Positions 1 to 13,768 of a stretch of DNA of 64,000 nucleotides are shown piece after piece (within the stretch, counting starts at the first letter, position 1; each line of letters starts with the position of its first letter). A model generated the notes under the pieces. The model saw only the letters and a program-made list of their open reading frames with translations. It did no database searches and was not told the DNA's origin. Location: contig CM082598.2 in NCBI GenBank assembly GCA_040954595.2, positions 1,054,001 through 1,118,000 of the forward strand. The letters run 5' to 3'. Position numbers and translations under genes: made by a program. Origin of the DNA: Balanoglossus misakiensis. Lineage: Eukaryota; Animalia; Hemichordata.

Positions 1-1154
1 TAAGGATAAGGTTGGAGTGTTTTATGGCTAGAAATATGCTAAAAGTAGCAGTTTATAACATGTCACCTTTACATCAAAACCATTATGGCATCAGTTTAAC
101 AGATGAAATCGTCCTCTACTGAGAATGGAGCTACTACAAGCAGTTGAACCATGGAAGCACCTCTAATCCAACACACACCACAAATTACACACACAAAAAA
201 AAACCAATACTAACCTGTTCAATCGTCAGGTTCAAAATCGGACAGACATTAACCACGACCGGATCTTCTTGTCGGATATTTGATATGACGTTTAGGTTGT
301 TGTTGTTGAGACTAGATTGGTTGAGACTGTTATCATCACGGATATGAAATTAATTATTGACTATACAGTTAAACACACAATAGCCGGACCTGACCTTTGA
401 TGCCAGATTAATAGTATCTGGGAAAGTCCCAGCCACTGAGAGCAAAGCTCAAAAAAGGGGCAGGAAAACGATGATTAACAGAAAATGTTGTGTTCAGTGC
501 CAGATCTCGCAAGTCATTTGTTTTTTCTCTCTTTGCTTTTGCATTGTTTTGGCTTTTTCTTCTTCGTTTATTTTGCTTTATTATCCCCCTTCTTCATACA
601 TCCTTGTCAGGCGGAGTACATTTACAAAATTAGCATAGCAACGGGTTGCTAGCCAAGTTATACAAGTCAAGAGGTGGAGCGTTGAACCAAAATGTAACAC
701 GAAACACGATGAGCTATGTGTTTATTCTCACACCTGAATATCCACCTGTAGAAACTGTCAAACCACGCGAGATCTTGCAGGGTCTCGTGAAGTTTGCAAA
801 ATGGTCGAGTGAACTGTGGTTTACTGTCAGATTGATAGTTCACATAATCTCGCGATATCTCGCTATGAGTGGAAAATGATCTTATTTTATTTTATCTCAT
901 TGGTCAACAATTTCAAGCTCTGATGATGGTCTACTTTTTGCACTGACAGAGGCTGGTAAATCTCGGGGGCAAAAAAAACGAAACAAAAAAAAATAAAAGT
1001 ACTCTTTTGTATATTTAGGTTTTATTTATACCTTTTACCAAGATGCTCACAATCGAAATCTGTACTGTGACCATGCATAGACTCGATGAATTTCGTGTAT
1101 TGCAGAAACTGTTAAATCTCTCTTGCAAGAATCCAGATGTCTTGCATCTTCTGC

Positions 1155-4100
1155 TTAAGCGCTTATTGTGCACCAACCACTGGACCACCAATCATCGGTG
1201 AGGGCGGGGTCACAGGCGGGGTTACTGGCAGGGAAATCAGTCCAGGTTGTTTCTCTGTGTTTGTCAAGCATTGCACTGAGACCAGCCACAATGTGTGGGT
1301 ATTTATCAACTACATTATCCATCTCCATGGGATCCTCTGAAATATGTACAAGGACAATAGTTAGCTCTAATATTCTGATAATGCCATTTGCTACATACCA
1401 GTATATTAATTGCAATCATCTGGTATCACATTTAATTGACTGATGTAGGAAGTGCATTGCCAAAAGTGAATTACCTTCTATATTGAAAAGCCAGCGATCA
1501 GTGACTGCTGGGTCTTGTGGCAGTTTGGGTCCATTACTGATCTCACCGTGGTAAGGGGTTCTGTACCAGCTCACTATCAGAAAGAAACAAACCAACACAT
1601 TTCAATTGTTAAAATATCAAAGTGTGAACATAGAGGTTCTCTTGTCTTTATAGAGTTGATTCTGAATGTTGTTTCCATGGAGATTCTGCACTAGTAAAAT
1701 TGACACTTTTCTTATTTCAGTCTTGAAAGACATTTGAATAGTTTCCTTATTACAGTATGAGTCAGTTGTGTCCTGAGTTTGTGGGTATATGAATTTATAG
1801 ATACAGCGCATACTTTAAAGTTTCCCAGAGTGACAAAACCATGGTGAGCATGGTGACATCCTCTGGTGGTAAAATTGTTATGTTGTATCGAAATGATCTT
1901 TAATACGCAGATGGGTAACCGTGAATGTCTCTCAAAATCGTTATGTCCCCTTCGAAATATACCAAGACTCTTTAGGTTGGCATCAACATAAAATTCCCCA
2001 AAAAACTTACTGTGTTTTTCCATGTAACGGAATGCTGGGTAACCTTCCATATATTTCCATGGACCTTCTCTGTAAATTGATCAAAAGTGTATTCAGGTCA
2101 TTCATTGGTTGATGATTTTGGTGGGCATCAGATTTGGCTGTTTTTATTCAAAGCGCCTAATATGTACTTTTCCAAAATTGTGATATCTTACCTGATGGCA
2201 GCGCCAAATGACATTTCAGGGAATTCTTCATCAACTGTGATCAGAAAACCAGTTCTGTCAGAATCCACACCTTTTGTGAGAGTTGGTAGGACACTAACAC
2301 CGTCGATGTCAACTACAAAATAAAATGAACTCAACGTCAATCCTAAAATAAGCATTGATGAATGTTTGCAAGCTGGTTAGTGTCATTTCACAAAGAAAAA
2401 ACATACATGAAATACTTTCAATGCAAGGTGTGTGTTGATGAATCTTGCTTAAAGCACGATGGAAAATGCGTCATGAAATTACTTGTGATGATATCACATC
2501 AGTTGCAATAAAACTTAGCAGTTAAAGATGGCTTCTTCATTCTCAGTGCAAAGAAATCTACTTACAACCAACACTGCCACCTGCAGCCTCAACGAAAGTT
2601 GGGAAGACATCAACAGCATGGATCATCCTAACAATGAAAATAATTAAATAAACATTAAAGTATCATATTTTATTCTGAAAGATTGAGAATTTTAAAATAC
2701 TTTTTATCACAAATTCAAGGCAAAACTGGAAGGCCTGTATCTAAACTAAAAGGTGTGTATGTACTTACGCCTTGTTAACATATCCTGTCTTTTCAATTCC
2801 TTTGCCATATGCTAAGGCCACTGCCTTGATACCACCATCGAAATAGGTTCCTTTGTTTCCACGGAGAGGGAAATTACTGGCTGCGTGTCTGACATCACCA
2901 CCATTCTGATGAATGAAAATATAATCAGTGATGTATTCAATGTTTGCTTGTTTATGAAAACAAATGTGTGATCTCTTTAATTTATAAACGATTAAATTGA
3001 TGAACGGACTGCTCTAGATGTTGCTAAATGTTTCCATTATTTGAGAAAATACAAAAGTTGATGTAGAAAATGATGTCATACTTACATCAGAGTGGAAGAG
3101 AATCAAGGTGTTGTCCCACATACCAGCTGCTTCCAAACCAGCTCTGACACCACCAATAATTTCATCCATGAAAGTTACTTGACCTGTGGGTATACATAAG
3201 ACATACTGATTAAAATAGAGGTCTTATATTTACTTATGAAAAAGGGTGTTATTTTTTAATTGTATCGAGTGTATTTTTGGAATATCACATTGGATTTGAC
3301 TTACCAGAATAAATTCTACGTTGTTCGTTTGACACTCTGTCGTTGTACAAAGCAGCATATTCTTCAGGAACCTAGAAAATGTTAATAAATTACATCAAAC
3401 ACTGATATGATGGAACACTTCTATAAACCTCTTGTTAATTTATTGAAAATGAAAACAAAAGCATGCTAGGTGTTTTCAAATGATTTTGTGTTCTGGCAAA
3501 TGTGTACTTACAGTGACTGGTGAATGAGGCAATTGGAAGGCAAGATACATGTACATTGGGTCTTCTGTGTTGTGTTCAGCGATGATTTTGTCCAGTCTAT
3601 CCTTGAATAAAACCTGTAAATATAGAACAATTCACATGGTTATCCACCTGTTGGAAAACTTTCGAAAGTTTTGAAATATTGTGATTACCACATGAATTTG
3701 GCATGCGGAATGATATGTAGGAAGTAAGTCAATACATGTATAGATGAGTCTATTAGTTAACTAGGGAATAAACTGAGATGATATTTTCTGAATGTCAACA
3801 ACTTGGAAACATAGACACTTACTGAAGTGTAGACGCCATCAATACCTTCGCCTTCAACCTTCTCGCCATCATCACGGAAATCAAAACCATTATATTTACC
3901 AGTACCATAAGGTCCTGTAATACAAAAGTAACTTGTTAAAAGTTGAAGGAAAAGTTGAACGTTGGTTTCAAATGGTCAACAATTATGTACACCTCGGTTG
4001 ATGATATATTCTTAACGCCATACACATCAAATTAATTCAATCAGTCAATGATTGGAAGTCAAGTCCTCAGTAGTTAGCACATGCCAAACACAAAAATGAT

Positions 4101-5985
4101 CGCAAATCAAAACTTTTCTTGGAAAATGAAGAATATAACCTCACCTCTCTCGGAAGTACGATGGCTCCAGTAATCCACAGATCCAAGATAGAAACCATAG
4201 AAATGATCAAATCCACGGTTGGTTGGGATGTAGGAGTCGTTGCAATAACCTAAATGCCATCTGGAAGAGGATGAAGACAATCAGAAACGTTACCGTGACA
4301 GCTCAGATTATTTACAATATTGTCGACTACACAGTTGTTGTGGTTTGAGCACCTAGCTTTTAAACAGACATGTTGGTTTTACTTTTGAACAAGTTTCAAT
4401 TCACTCGGAGTTGAAAAAGTTTTGTGTCCACCTGAGTGTAATTTAGATGCAATATGAGAGTTTAGTTGGATATTGTTTTGAGTGATAAACATAAGAAAGA
4501 TGTGCTACAAGGGCTGTTGCTATAAATGTACCACAAACATTAATGAGGACTTACTTTCCAATACCGTATGTGGTGTATCCCAATGATTGGAGCACATCTG
4601 GCATTGTGGTCAGCCATGTTGGTAATCCGTGAGGCAGATCTGGTTTGTACACCAAATGCTGCAATTCAAACAAGACTGAATTTAGTTTCGCAAATTATTG
4701 CTTCCCACGACACTGATGAGGTTGATTTTTCAAGTGTGAAATTTCAGAGACGATATTGTTTGGTGTTCAATAATAAACTCACCTGTGATCCAATATTAGC
4801 GGAATAGTAACCACTCATAAGACAGGAACGTGTTCTGAAATTAGAGATTGTAAGATTATAATTTTAGCATAGTTATTGTTATACATGTACTTGTATCACA
4901 CTGTTGTCTATGTACTCGAACATAGTGTTGTGCACGGCGTCAAAATATCAAATGGTTGAATTCCAGTTCGAAATGATCGGCATTTGGTTGACTGTGTTTC
5001 TTATTAACGTTACCATCAGTTTTGGATCAAGTTGATGACATGTCCAGCTGAATTTATCTCTGCAAAATATTGTTGATGGTAAGCACAAATTCTGAAGGAG
5101 GGTAGATATACTTACGGGCTGCATGATGTCTGCACATACATGTTGTCCAAGATAACACCGTTTTCCGCAAGATCTTGCAAGTTTGGTGTGATCATATCAG
5201 AGTTGTGCCAACTCACATCATCCCATCCTATGAGACAAAATAGAGTATTTATACTTAATGTGGCTCTGTAACAATTAATTTACATGTTTAGAGCATCAGC
5301 CTGATTGAACAGGTCTTGTAGAGCATTGCATGCTCTCTGAAGAAAATAAGTTTGAAAATATGAAACTGGATTTCTTTTTCAGGGCATAAAGTCTGGATCG
5401 AGAAGCAAGTGTAAACTCTATTTGTGAACGTGTAGTTGGCATCAGTACAATTTGGAACACTAAAAACCATCTTTCAGTTGACCGTAACTCTTACCTAAAT
5501 CATCAGCAACGATATGGATGATGTTTGGCTTATCGGCGGCTGAAATAAAACAAAAAATCAAGTTAATATAATCTTTCGTTGCTATTCGCATGTTTATCAG
5601 AAAATCCATGCACTTCTATATTATTAACGTACTTGAAGACAGAGCAATTTCACGTGTTCTTTTTGCTTTCTAATCATCCATTTGTCTGTCTATCTATCTG
5701 CCCTGTTCTGTGCCAGTCAGATGTCCGCGTCTATCCCCTCCTCCCAAAGGCACCACCACAAACATCAGCTCATCGAAAACTATAACATGTTTTTCAATAC
5801 TTTTTTGCAATTACTACCTATGGTGTCTCCTCCCATCACTTCATTGTTAGACGGATGACAATTCATTAATGTTTCCACTGCCACTCAAAACAATCCCCAT
5901 TCTGGCAATGAAACGACAATTGTGACATCTAACTTTACTCACCCAAGGCCAATCCGAGCAAACCAAGAATAATAGCGATCTTCAT
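1155..5985 (-). CDS. Secreted/lysosomal arylsulfatase, ARSB/ARSI/ARSJ-like (copy A), 16 coding exons
   Basis: ATG 5985 (MKIAIILGLLGLAL signal peptide). Exon 5495-5539 encodes KPNIIHIVADDLG; exon 5116-5227 ends QTSCSP and joins TRSCLMSG (formylglycine CxPxR motif). Also GKWHLG, RGFDHFYG, LPHSP, SDNGG, NFPLRGNKG. Stop at 1155-1157 after WWSSGWCTISA. Exons mirror copy B. Confidence 0.95.
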
Positions 5986-6269
5986 CTTGCAGAATTAGCA
6001 ACTGTGAACAACTCTGGAATAAAATAACACAAAGAAACATATGTTAAAGCTAGGCCAATGTTTCTTGACATGAGAATTTCTATAGATATAAACAATAGCA
6101 CTTTTTGTGGAGATTTTGTTTGCTAAAAGTAAAATCAAACAGTCGACTGTAGATCGCATTGTCCTTTTTGGAGGTATGTGGTTACATTAGACCTGTAACT
6201 TCAACACAACATAATTCTGACCAAGTCTGCGAAGCTGTCAAATCATCATTTACAAAGTGAAATACTTAC

Positions 6270-6331
6270 ATTTATCCAGTGTTCTACCAGCTGGTCACTG
6301 ACTATCCTCCCTGGGGCACTACCCTTTATAT
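6270..6331 (-). promoter_or_regulatory. TATA box, Inr and short non-coding first exon of arylsulfatase copy A
   Basis: Minus strand: TATAAA (6325-6330), TCAGT Inr about 25 nt downstream (6297-6301), then a GTAAGT donor after 6270. Homologous to 8026-8090. Confidence 0.75.
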
Positions 6332-8025
6332 GGGCATCATATTTAATCAAAATGCAAAAAATTAATTTCTTCATATTCACTTATTACACAACTGACTACA
6401 TTAACATGCCTGCAACTTTAACAATCTGCCCAGAAACATGTTTTTTATCATTTAAATATATTAACTTCACCCATTGCATTTGTAATGAGAGAAAACATCT
6501 GATGTTTCACACAATTTACATTTTTTGAAGTTTCCTTTCCATGCAAAAATATATAGCTGTTAAATTTTGGTCTTAGAACTTTGAATCGATCCAAAGTTTA
6601 GTTTTACTTTCATTGAGGCTCCAAGAGCTGCCATGTTTTGCATTATTTTCATGATTTTTCTTTCAAACTCAGATTGGTCCATCTAAATAAGCTTACTGAT
6701 ATGTATATATGAACATCTTATCGATGCCCAATTGTGGCTGTATGTTACAAATTGAACACGCGATATATTAAATGGATGCTGCTCCCGTTTAATCGTTCTC
6801 CATACAAAGAGTAAACAACAATCGTGGTATGTGTCGCCAAGAGATGACAAACTGATGCAAATGGTGAAGATTTTTAAAGGATAGGGAGAAGATTTGAATT
6901 ATTTTATTGTTGGAAAAAATAAGTGAAATTTGGCAGCTCATGAGGCTTTCACATTTACTGTAGAGGTTGTTATACCTGTGCTATTAGGTTATATCAAAAA
7001 TTCATTAGAATTCAAAGTGAAATAAAATGCAGTGTTGCAAAAAGTTGAGGGTGGTTAGTAAGTGTATTGTTACATAAAACAATTGTCACATGAATCATGT
7101 GGTCCGGACACATGGGTCATGTGACAATTTCATCATTTATACGCTGCATATTTGTTTTTCTGATGATCAGGTGATTCAAATTTCGCCCACTCACTCTGTG
7201 CGGCTGTTTCTTTATCATGTTTGCATTTTGTCTATTGAATTCTTTGTGTTTTAACAGAAGTGAAAATAACAGCAGTGGTGAGCCACATATCAGATTGTCA
7301 TTGCTTTGAGATGCGGCAACTATACCATTTGAAGCACTAAATGAAAATAACAATATCATCTCATCTTACTTGCTAATTAAAGATAGGTTGAATCACCTGA
7401 GGAAGTCACATGACTTTACTCACATCGTAACATGTTACGAATATTACATCATCAAAGATACCGTCCACATTTGACATTTTCAAAACATCACCGTAAAACA
7501 ATCACATTTAGTTTTAAATTATTTTTTGAAACTAAATTTCACCAAAGTTTTTATACAAGCTTGGGGTTGGCACTGCTTATGATATCATTGTGTTGAAATC
7601 ATGCATTATTGTAGGAAATCTAAGAGGAATAAGATAAAAAATGATATTTATCAATCTTTTCTACAAAAATTACGGGAAACTGACTTTCAATAATTGTAAA
7701 GTCTCTTGGCAAGGTTAAGAGTTCCAATTTTAAGGTGTAGACATAAAAAAAGGATAACCATGATTTCTATTGAAAAATGTATTAAATTGAAGTTGTGTTT
7801 AATTATTTGGCACTTGGTACCTGGAGTTAATACAAATATGTGGGTAGGAATTTTACTTAATTGCGAAAAACAAGTTTATTTTGGCAATATCAAAGGTGCA
7901 GGTACAGTGATAAATTATTCTGACACATATGTGTGATACCTGGTAAGCATAAAAAAGGGCATGAAATGTCATAATGATTCCGCATAAATTAATTTTCACG
8001 TTTTTACAAGTAACTTGGAGAACAC

Positions 8026-8090
8026 TATATAAAAGATGATCTGGCAGGGTGGAGGATTGTCAGTAACCAGCAGAGTGCCTCTGGAGAAAT
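8026..8090 (+). promoter_or_regulatory. TATA box, Inr and short non-coding first exon of arylsulfatase copy B
   Basis: TATATAAAA at 8026-8034, TCAGT at 8060-8064, donor GTAAGT at 8091. GGAGGATTGTCAGTAACCAGC...CTGGAGAAAT|GTAAGT matches copy A GGAGGATAGTCAGTGACCAGC...CTGGATAAAT|GTAAGT. Confidence 0.75.
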
Positions 8091-8130
8091 GTAAGTATTC
8101 TGTCTATGTTCCTTTCCTTTTATTCTTACC

Positions 8131-8436
8131 GTGTTTAAAACCAGTAATCCATCTGCCTTATCTTCTTTGACATGCGCTGTTCCAAAATCCCACGTTGCAT
8201 TTCTACCCGTATGCGTTACAAAATTTGATTGGGCGCGAAAGAAAATCCTCCAACCAATCGGAATTCGTCTTACATGCCGTACCTGTCATCGATGGTCCGC
8301 TTTTATCATGACAATCGCGGCAGAAACAACAATGTATTCTGCACTCGAAAACGCGATAACTGACATGTATGAAATCAGGGGTAATCCGAAAATGATATCA
8401 CTGCTGGGAAGAATTTCAGGGCCCTGGTTTAACACA
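8131..8436. mobile_element. Possible small inverted-repeat element in the 5'UTR intron of copy B
   Basis: GTGTTTAAAACCAG at the left end and CTGGTTTAACAC at the right end form an imperfect inverted repeat. Interior is relatively CpG-rich. No counterpart in copy A. Confidence 0.35.
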
Positions 8437-8974
8437 GACATTTGCCAATTATAAAATTCCCTCAGGGTATATTGTGTTGATACTTTCCTCTCATATTATG
8501 ACCCACTCATCTCTAAATATCTCCCAAAATTGTTTTGCATTCACACCAATCATAATTCTAAAATCTTTGTGTATATAAATACCCCATGCAGTCAAACAAT
8601 AATCAATGTGGTACGTCAACCTTGCTATCTTAAACACCATGCATTGTACATCACAGAATTTCATTTGCCATGAAACATGTGATATTTTGATAGACCCATA
8701 TGTTATATTGTCGTAAAATGAATATATTATTTGCAAAATAAGTGTTGCAAAAATAAGCCCGGGCAGTGTCCTGGTGTAATGAGTGATCTCTGACCACTAA
8801 AATGGTACACAACATTCGCCAGAAAATGCTGAACTCTTACTGTTCAAATTTACAATTAACTTCAGTGTGATGAAGTTCCTAATGCTATTTCATTACAATG
8901 GCAGATGAAAACATGTTGTAAAATGTCACACCGTTGACATCAAACATTTCATTTCAGAGCTGTACAACTACAAA

Positions 8975-11900
8975 ATGAAGATTGTCCTTATTTTGAGCAT
9001 GCTTGGTTTGGCTTTCGGTAAGTGCATATTTGATGGCATACTATTGGATAACTGTAATAGTTTTGAGGGGGTGAGAGAGAGAGGGGGTGAGGGAGAGGGA
9101 TGGGGAGAGAGCTATTAAACGATGAACAGGGGCACGAACTAAATGGCTGGTAGAAAGGTATCCTTTTTCCTGTCTCATCCTTGCACCATCTAAAATGTGT
9201 AAATCCTCTATAATAATATAGGCACACAGACCAGCGGCATTTATGACACAAAAAACAAAAACAGAGAATACCATGCCTATCACCATTCCTTTAGTATAAC
9301 AATCAACCTTATTATTTGTTGACTTAACACGATTGTTTTTTTTTTCAGCCGCCGAAAAACCCAATATCATTCACATCGTAGCCGACGATTTAGGTAAGAT
9401 TATTTTAGACTTACATTAATATGTTAACATTGCATTTTTGAAACTTTGAATTTCATATAAACTGGCTGATCAGTCACATTCATATAAACTATCATGTATT
9501 CATCAAGAAGCAATCGTTTCCATTTTGTCTCATAGGATGGGATGATGTCAGTTGGCATAACTCTGATATGATCACACCAAACTTGCAAGATCTTGCTGAA
9601 AATGGTGTTATCTTGGACAACATGTATGTGCAGACATCATGCAGCCCGTAAGTATACCCCTTAATTAATAGTAATAGCTCAGTTTAGCTTTGATCATGTC
9701 TCACCTTGATATTTGTCACATGGTCGTTTCATCAGCCAATAGAAAGAGGTGTCCTTCGTGTCTTTATGGTAACACACAGTCCAATGCACATCGCCAGTAT
9801 TTCGAGTCTGTATTCAACTCTCTAATTGGTGGTCCTTCCTCTCCTGTCAATTAACATGAGACATCAAATATTAATACAATGCCCTCTATGTTTGGAAATG
9901 GTAGTTACTAGTATACATAAGTAGACTAGAGTATAGGAAACAGTGTGATACAAGTACATGTATAACAATAAAGTATGCTAAAATTATCATCTGACAATCT
10001 CTCATTTCAGAACACGTTCCTGTCTTATGAGTGGTTACTATTCCGCTAATATTGGATCACAGGTGAGTTTATTAAACACCAAACAATATAATCTCTGAAA
10101 TTTCACACTTACAAAATCATCCTCATCAGTGTCGTGGGAAGCATTAATTTGCGAAACTAAATTCAGTCTTGTTTGAATTGCAGCATTTGGTGTACAAACC
10201 AGATCTCCCTCACGGATTACCAACATGGCTGACCACAATGCCAGATGTGCTCCAATCATTGGGATACACCACATACGGTATCGGAAAGTAAGTCTTCATT
10301 AATGTTTGTGTTACATTTATACCATTTTTCTGTATGTTTATCACTCAAAACAATATCCAATTAAACTCTCATTGCATCTTAATTTACACTCAGGTGGACA
10401 CAAAACTTTTTCAACTCCGTGTGAATTGAAACTTGTTCAAAACTAAAACCAACATGTCTGTTTAATAGCTAGGTGCTCAAACCACACGCTACGAAAAATT
10501 CAACTGTGTAGTCGACAATATTGTAAATAATCTGAGCTGTCATGGTAACGTTTCTGATTGTCTTCATCCTCTGCCAGATGGCATTTAGGTTATTGCAACG
10601 ACTCATACATCCCAACCAACCGTGGATTTGACCATTTCTATGGTTTCTATCTTGGATCTGTGGATTACTGGAGCCATCGTACTTCTGAGAAAGGTGAGGT
10701 TATATCTTCATTTTCCAAGAAAAGTTTTTTTGTGTTTGGCATGTGCTAACTACTGAGGACTTGACTTCCAGTCATTGACTGATCAAATAAATTTGATGTG
10801 TGTGGCATTAAGAATATATCATCAACTGAGGTGTATAATTGAAACCAACGTTAAACTTTTCCTTCAACTTTTAACTATTTTTGTATTACAGGACCTTATG
10901 GTACTGGTAAATATAATGGTTTTGATTTCCGTGATGATGGCGAGAAGGTTGAAGGCGAAGGTATTGATGGCGTCTACACTTCAGTAAGTGTCCATGTTTC
11001 CAAGTTGTTGACATTCAGATTAAATCATCTCAGTTTATTCCCTAGTTAACTAATAGACTCATCTATATATTGACTTAGTTCCTATAACTATTTTAAGTTA
11101 AAATTTGAGATACACTTGACAGGGTACAAATTAAGATCCTGACGGGTAGTCATAGCAACTGTAACAAGCACTCATTATTTCCAAGGCGATATATTACGAA
11201 TGCCAAATTCATGTGGTAATCACAATATTCCAAAACTTTCGAAAGTTTTCCAACAGGAGGATATCATGTGAATTGTTCTATATTTACAGGTTTTATTCAA
11301 GGATAGACTGGACAAAATCATCGCTGAACACAACACAGAAAACCCAATGTACATGTATCTTGCCTTCCAATTGCCTCATTCACCGGTCACTGTAAGTACA
11401 CATTTGCCAGAACACAAAATCATTTGAAAACACCTAGCATGCTTTTGTTTTCATTTGCAAGTCTGGGTTTGCAGACCTTTGGTTCCAATACTTCAAACAC
11501 TTTAGAGCTGAAAACAACGAAACACACCTTGTACCACACGTGGTCTGGTGTGAATAAATTAACAAAGGTTAATAGAAGTTGTCCATCATATCTAAAAGTT
11601 ATTCAGTGTTTGATGTCATTTAATAACTTTTTTAGGTCCCAGAAGAATACGCTAACTTGTACAACGACAGAGTGTCAAACGAACAACGTAGAATTTATTC
11701 TGGTAAGTCAAATCTAATGTGATATTCCAAAAATACACTCTATACAATTAAAAAATAACATCATTTTTCATAAGTAAATATAAGACCTCTATTTTAATCA
11801 GTATGTCTTATGTATACCCACAGGTCAAGTAACTTTTATGGATGAAATTATTGGTGGTGTCAGAGCTGGTTTGGAAGCAGCTGGTATGTGGGACAACACC

Positions 11901-13768
11901 TTGATTCTCTTCCACTCTGATGTAAGTATGACATCATTTTCTACATCAACTTTTGTATTTTCTCAAATAATGGAAACATTTAGCAACATCTAGAGCAGTC
12001 CATTGATCAATTTATCGTTTATAAATTAAATAGATCAAAGATTTGTTTTCATAAACAAGCAAACATTGAATACATCACTGATTATATTTTCATTCATCAG
12101 AATGGTGGTGATGTCAGACACGCAGCCAGTAACTTCCCTCTCCGTGGAAACAAAGGAACTTATTTCGATGGTGGTATCAAGGCAGTGGCCCTAGCATATG
12201 GCAAAGGAATTGAAAAGACAGGATATGTTAACAGGGAGTAAGTACATACACACCTTTTAGTTAAGATAGAGGCCTTCCAGTTTTGTCTCGAATTTGTGAT
12301 AAAAAGTATTTTAAAATTCTCTATCTTTCAGAATAAAAGATGATATTGTAATGTTTATTTTAATTATTTTCATTGTTAGGATGATCCATGCTGTCGATGT
12401 CTTCCCAACTTTCATTGAGGCTGCAGGTGGCAGTGTTGACTGTAAGTAGATTTCTCTGCACTGAGAATGAAGAAGCCATCTTTTCCATCAAGCTCTTAAC
12501 AAAACTAATCAACACACGCCTTGCATTGAAAGTATTTCATGTATGTTTTTCTTTGTGAAATGACACTAACCAGCTTGCAAACATTCATCAATGCTGATTT
12601 TAGGATTGACGTTGAATTTGTTTTATTTTGTAGTTGACATCGACGGTATTAGTGTCCTCCCAACTCTCACAAGAGGTGTGGCTTCTGACAGAACTGGTTT
12701 TCTGATCACAGTTGATGAAGAATTCCCTGAAATGTCATTTGGCGCTGCCATCAGGTAAGATATCACAATTTTGGAAAAGTACATATTAGGCGCTTTGAAT
12801 AAAAACAGCCAAATCTGATGCCCACCAAAATCATCAACCAATGAATGACCCGAATACACTTTTGATCAATTTACAGAGAAGGTCCATGGAAATATATGGA
12901 AGGTTACCCAGCATTCCGTTACATGGAAAAACACAGTAAGTTTTTTGGGGAATTTATGTTGATGCCAACCTAAAGAGTCTCGGTATATTTCGAAGGGGAC
13001 ATAACGATTTTGAGAGACATTCACGGTTACCCATCTGTCTATTAAAGATCATTTCGATACAGCTTAACAATTTTACCACCAGAGGGCGTCACCATGATCA
13101 CCATGGTTTTGTCACTCTGGGAAACTTTAAAGTATGCGCTGTATCTATAAATTCACATACCCACAAACTCAGACACAACTGACTCCTACGGTAATAAGGA
13201 AACTATTCAAATGTCTTTCAAGACTGACATAAGAAAAGTGTCAATTTTACTAGTGCAGAATCTCCATGGAAACAACCTTTAGAATCAACTCTATGACCAC
13301 AAGAGAACCTCAATTTTCACACTTTGATATGTGTTGGTTTGTTTCTTTCTGATAGTGAGCTGGTACAGAACCCCTTACCACGGTGAGATCAGTCATGGAC
13401 CCGAACTGCCACAAGACCCAGCAGTCACTGATCGCTGGCTTTTCAACATCGAAGGTAATTCACTTTTGGCAATGCATTTCCTACATCAGTCAATTAAATG
13501 TGATACCAGATGATTACAATTAATGTATGTAGCAAATGGCATTATTAAAATATTAGATCTAACTATTGTCCCTTTATATATTTCAGAGGATCCCAAGGAG
13601 ATGGACAATGTTGTTGATAAATACCCACACATTGTGGCTAGTCTCAGTGCAATGCTTGACAAACACAGAGAAACAACCTGGACTGATTTCCCTGCCAGTA
13701 ACCCCGCCTGTGACCCCGCCCTCACCGATGATTGGTGGTCCAGTGGCTGGTGCACAATAAGCGCTTAA
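8975..13768 (+). CDS. Secreted/lysosomal arylsulfatase, ARSB/ARSI/ARSJ-like (copy B), 496 aa
   Basis: Exons 8975-9017, 9349-9393, 9536-9647, 10011-10062, 10184-10287, 10578-10693, 10892-10983, 11290-11391, 11636-11702, 11824-11921, 12101-12237, 12380-12441, 12634-12754, 12877-12935, 13356-13454, 13587-13768. All GT-AG, phases consistent, 1491 nt. Catalytic set intact: ADD, CSPTR, GKWH, PH, SDN, NKG. Confidence 0.95.

Noticed and set aside
4568-12859. Paired ORF-track entries (4568/10038 and 2087/12623)
   Set aside because: Antisense shadows of sulfatase exons, duplicated along with the gene.
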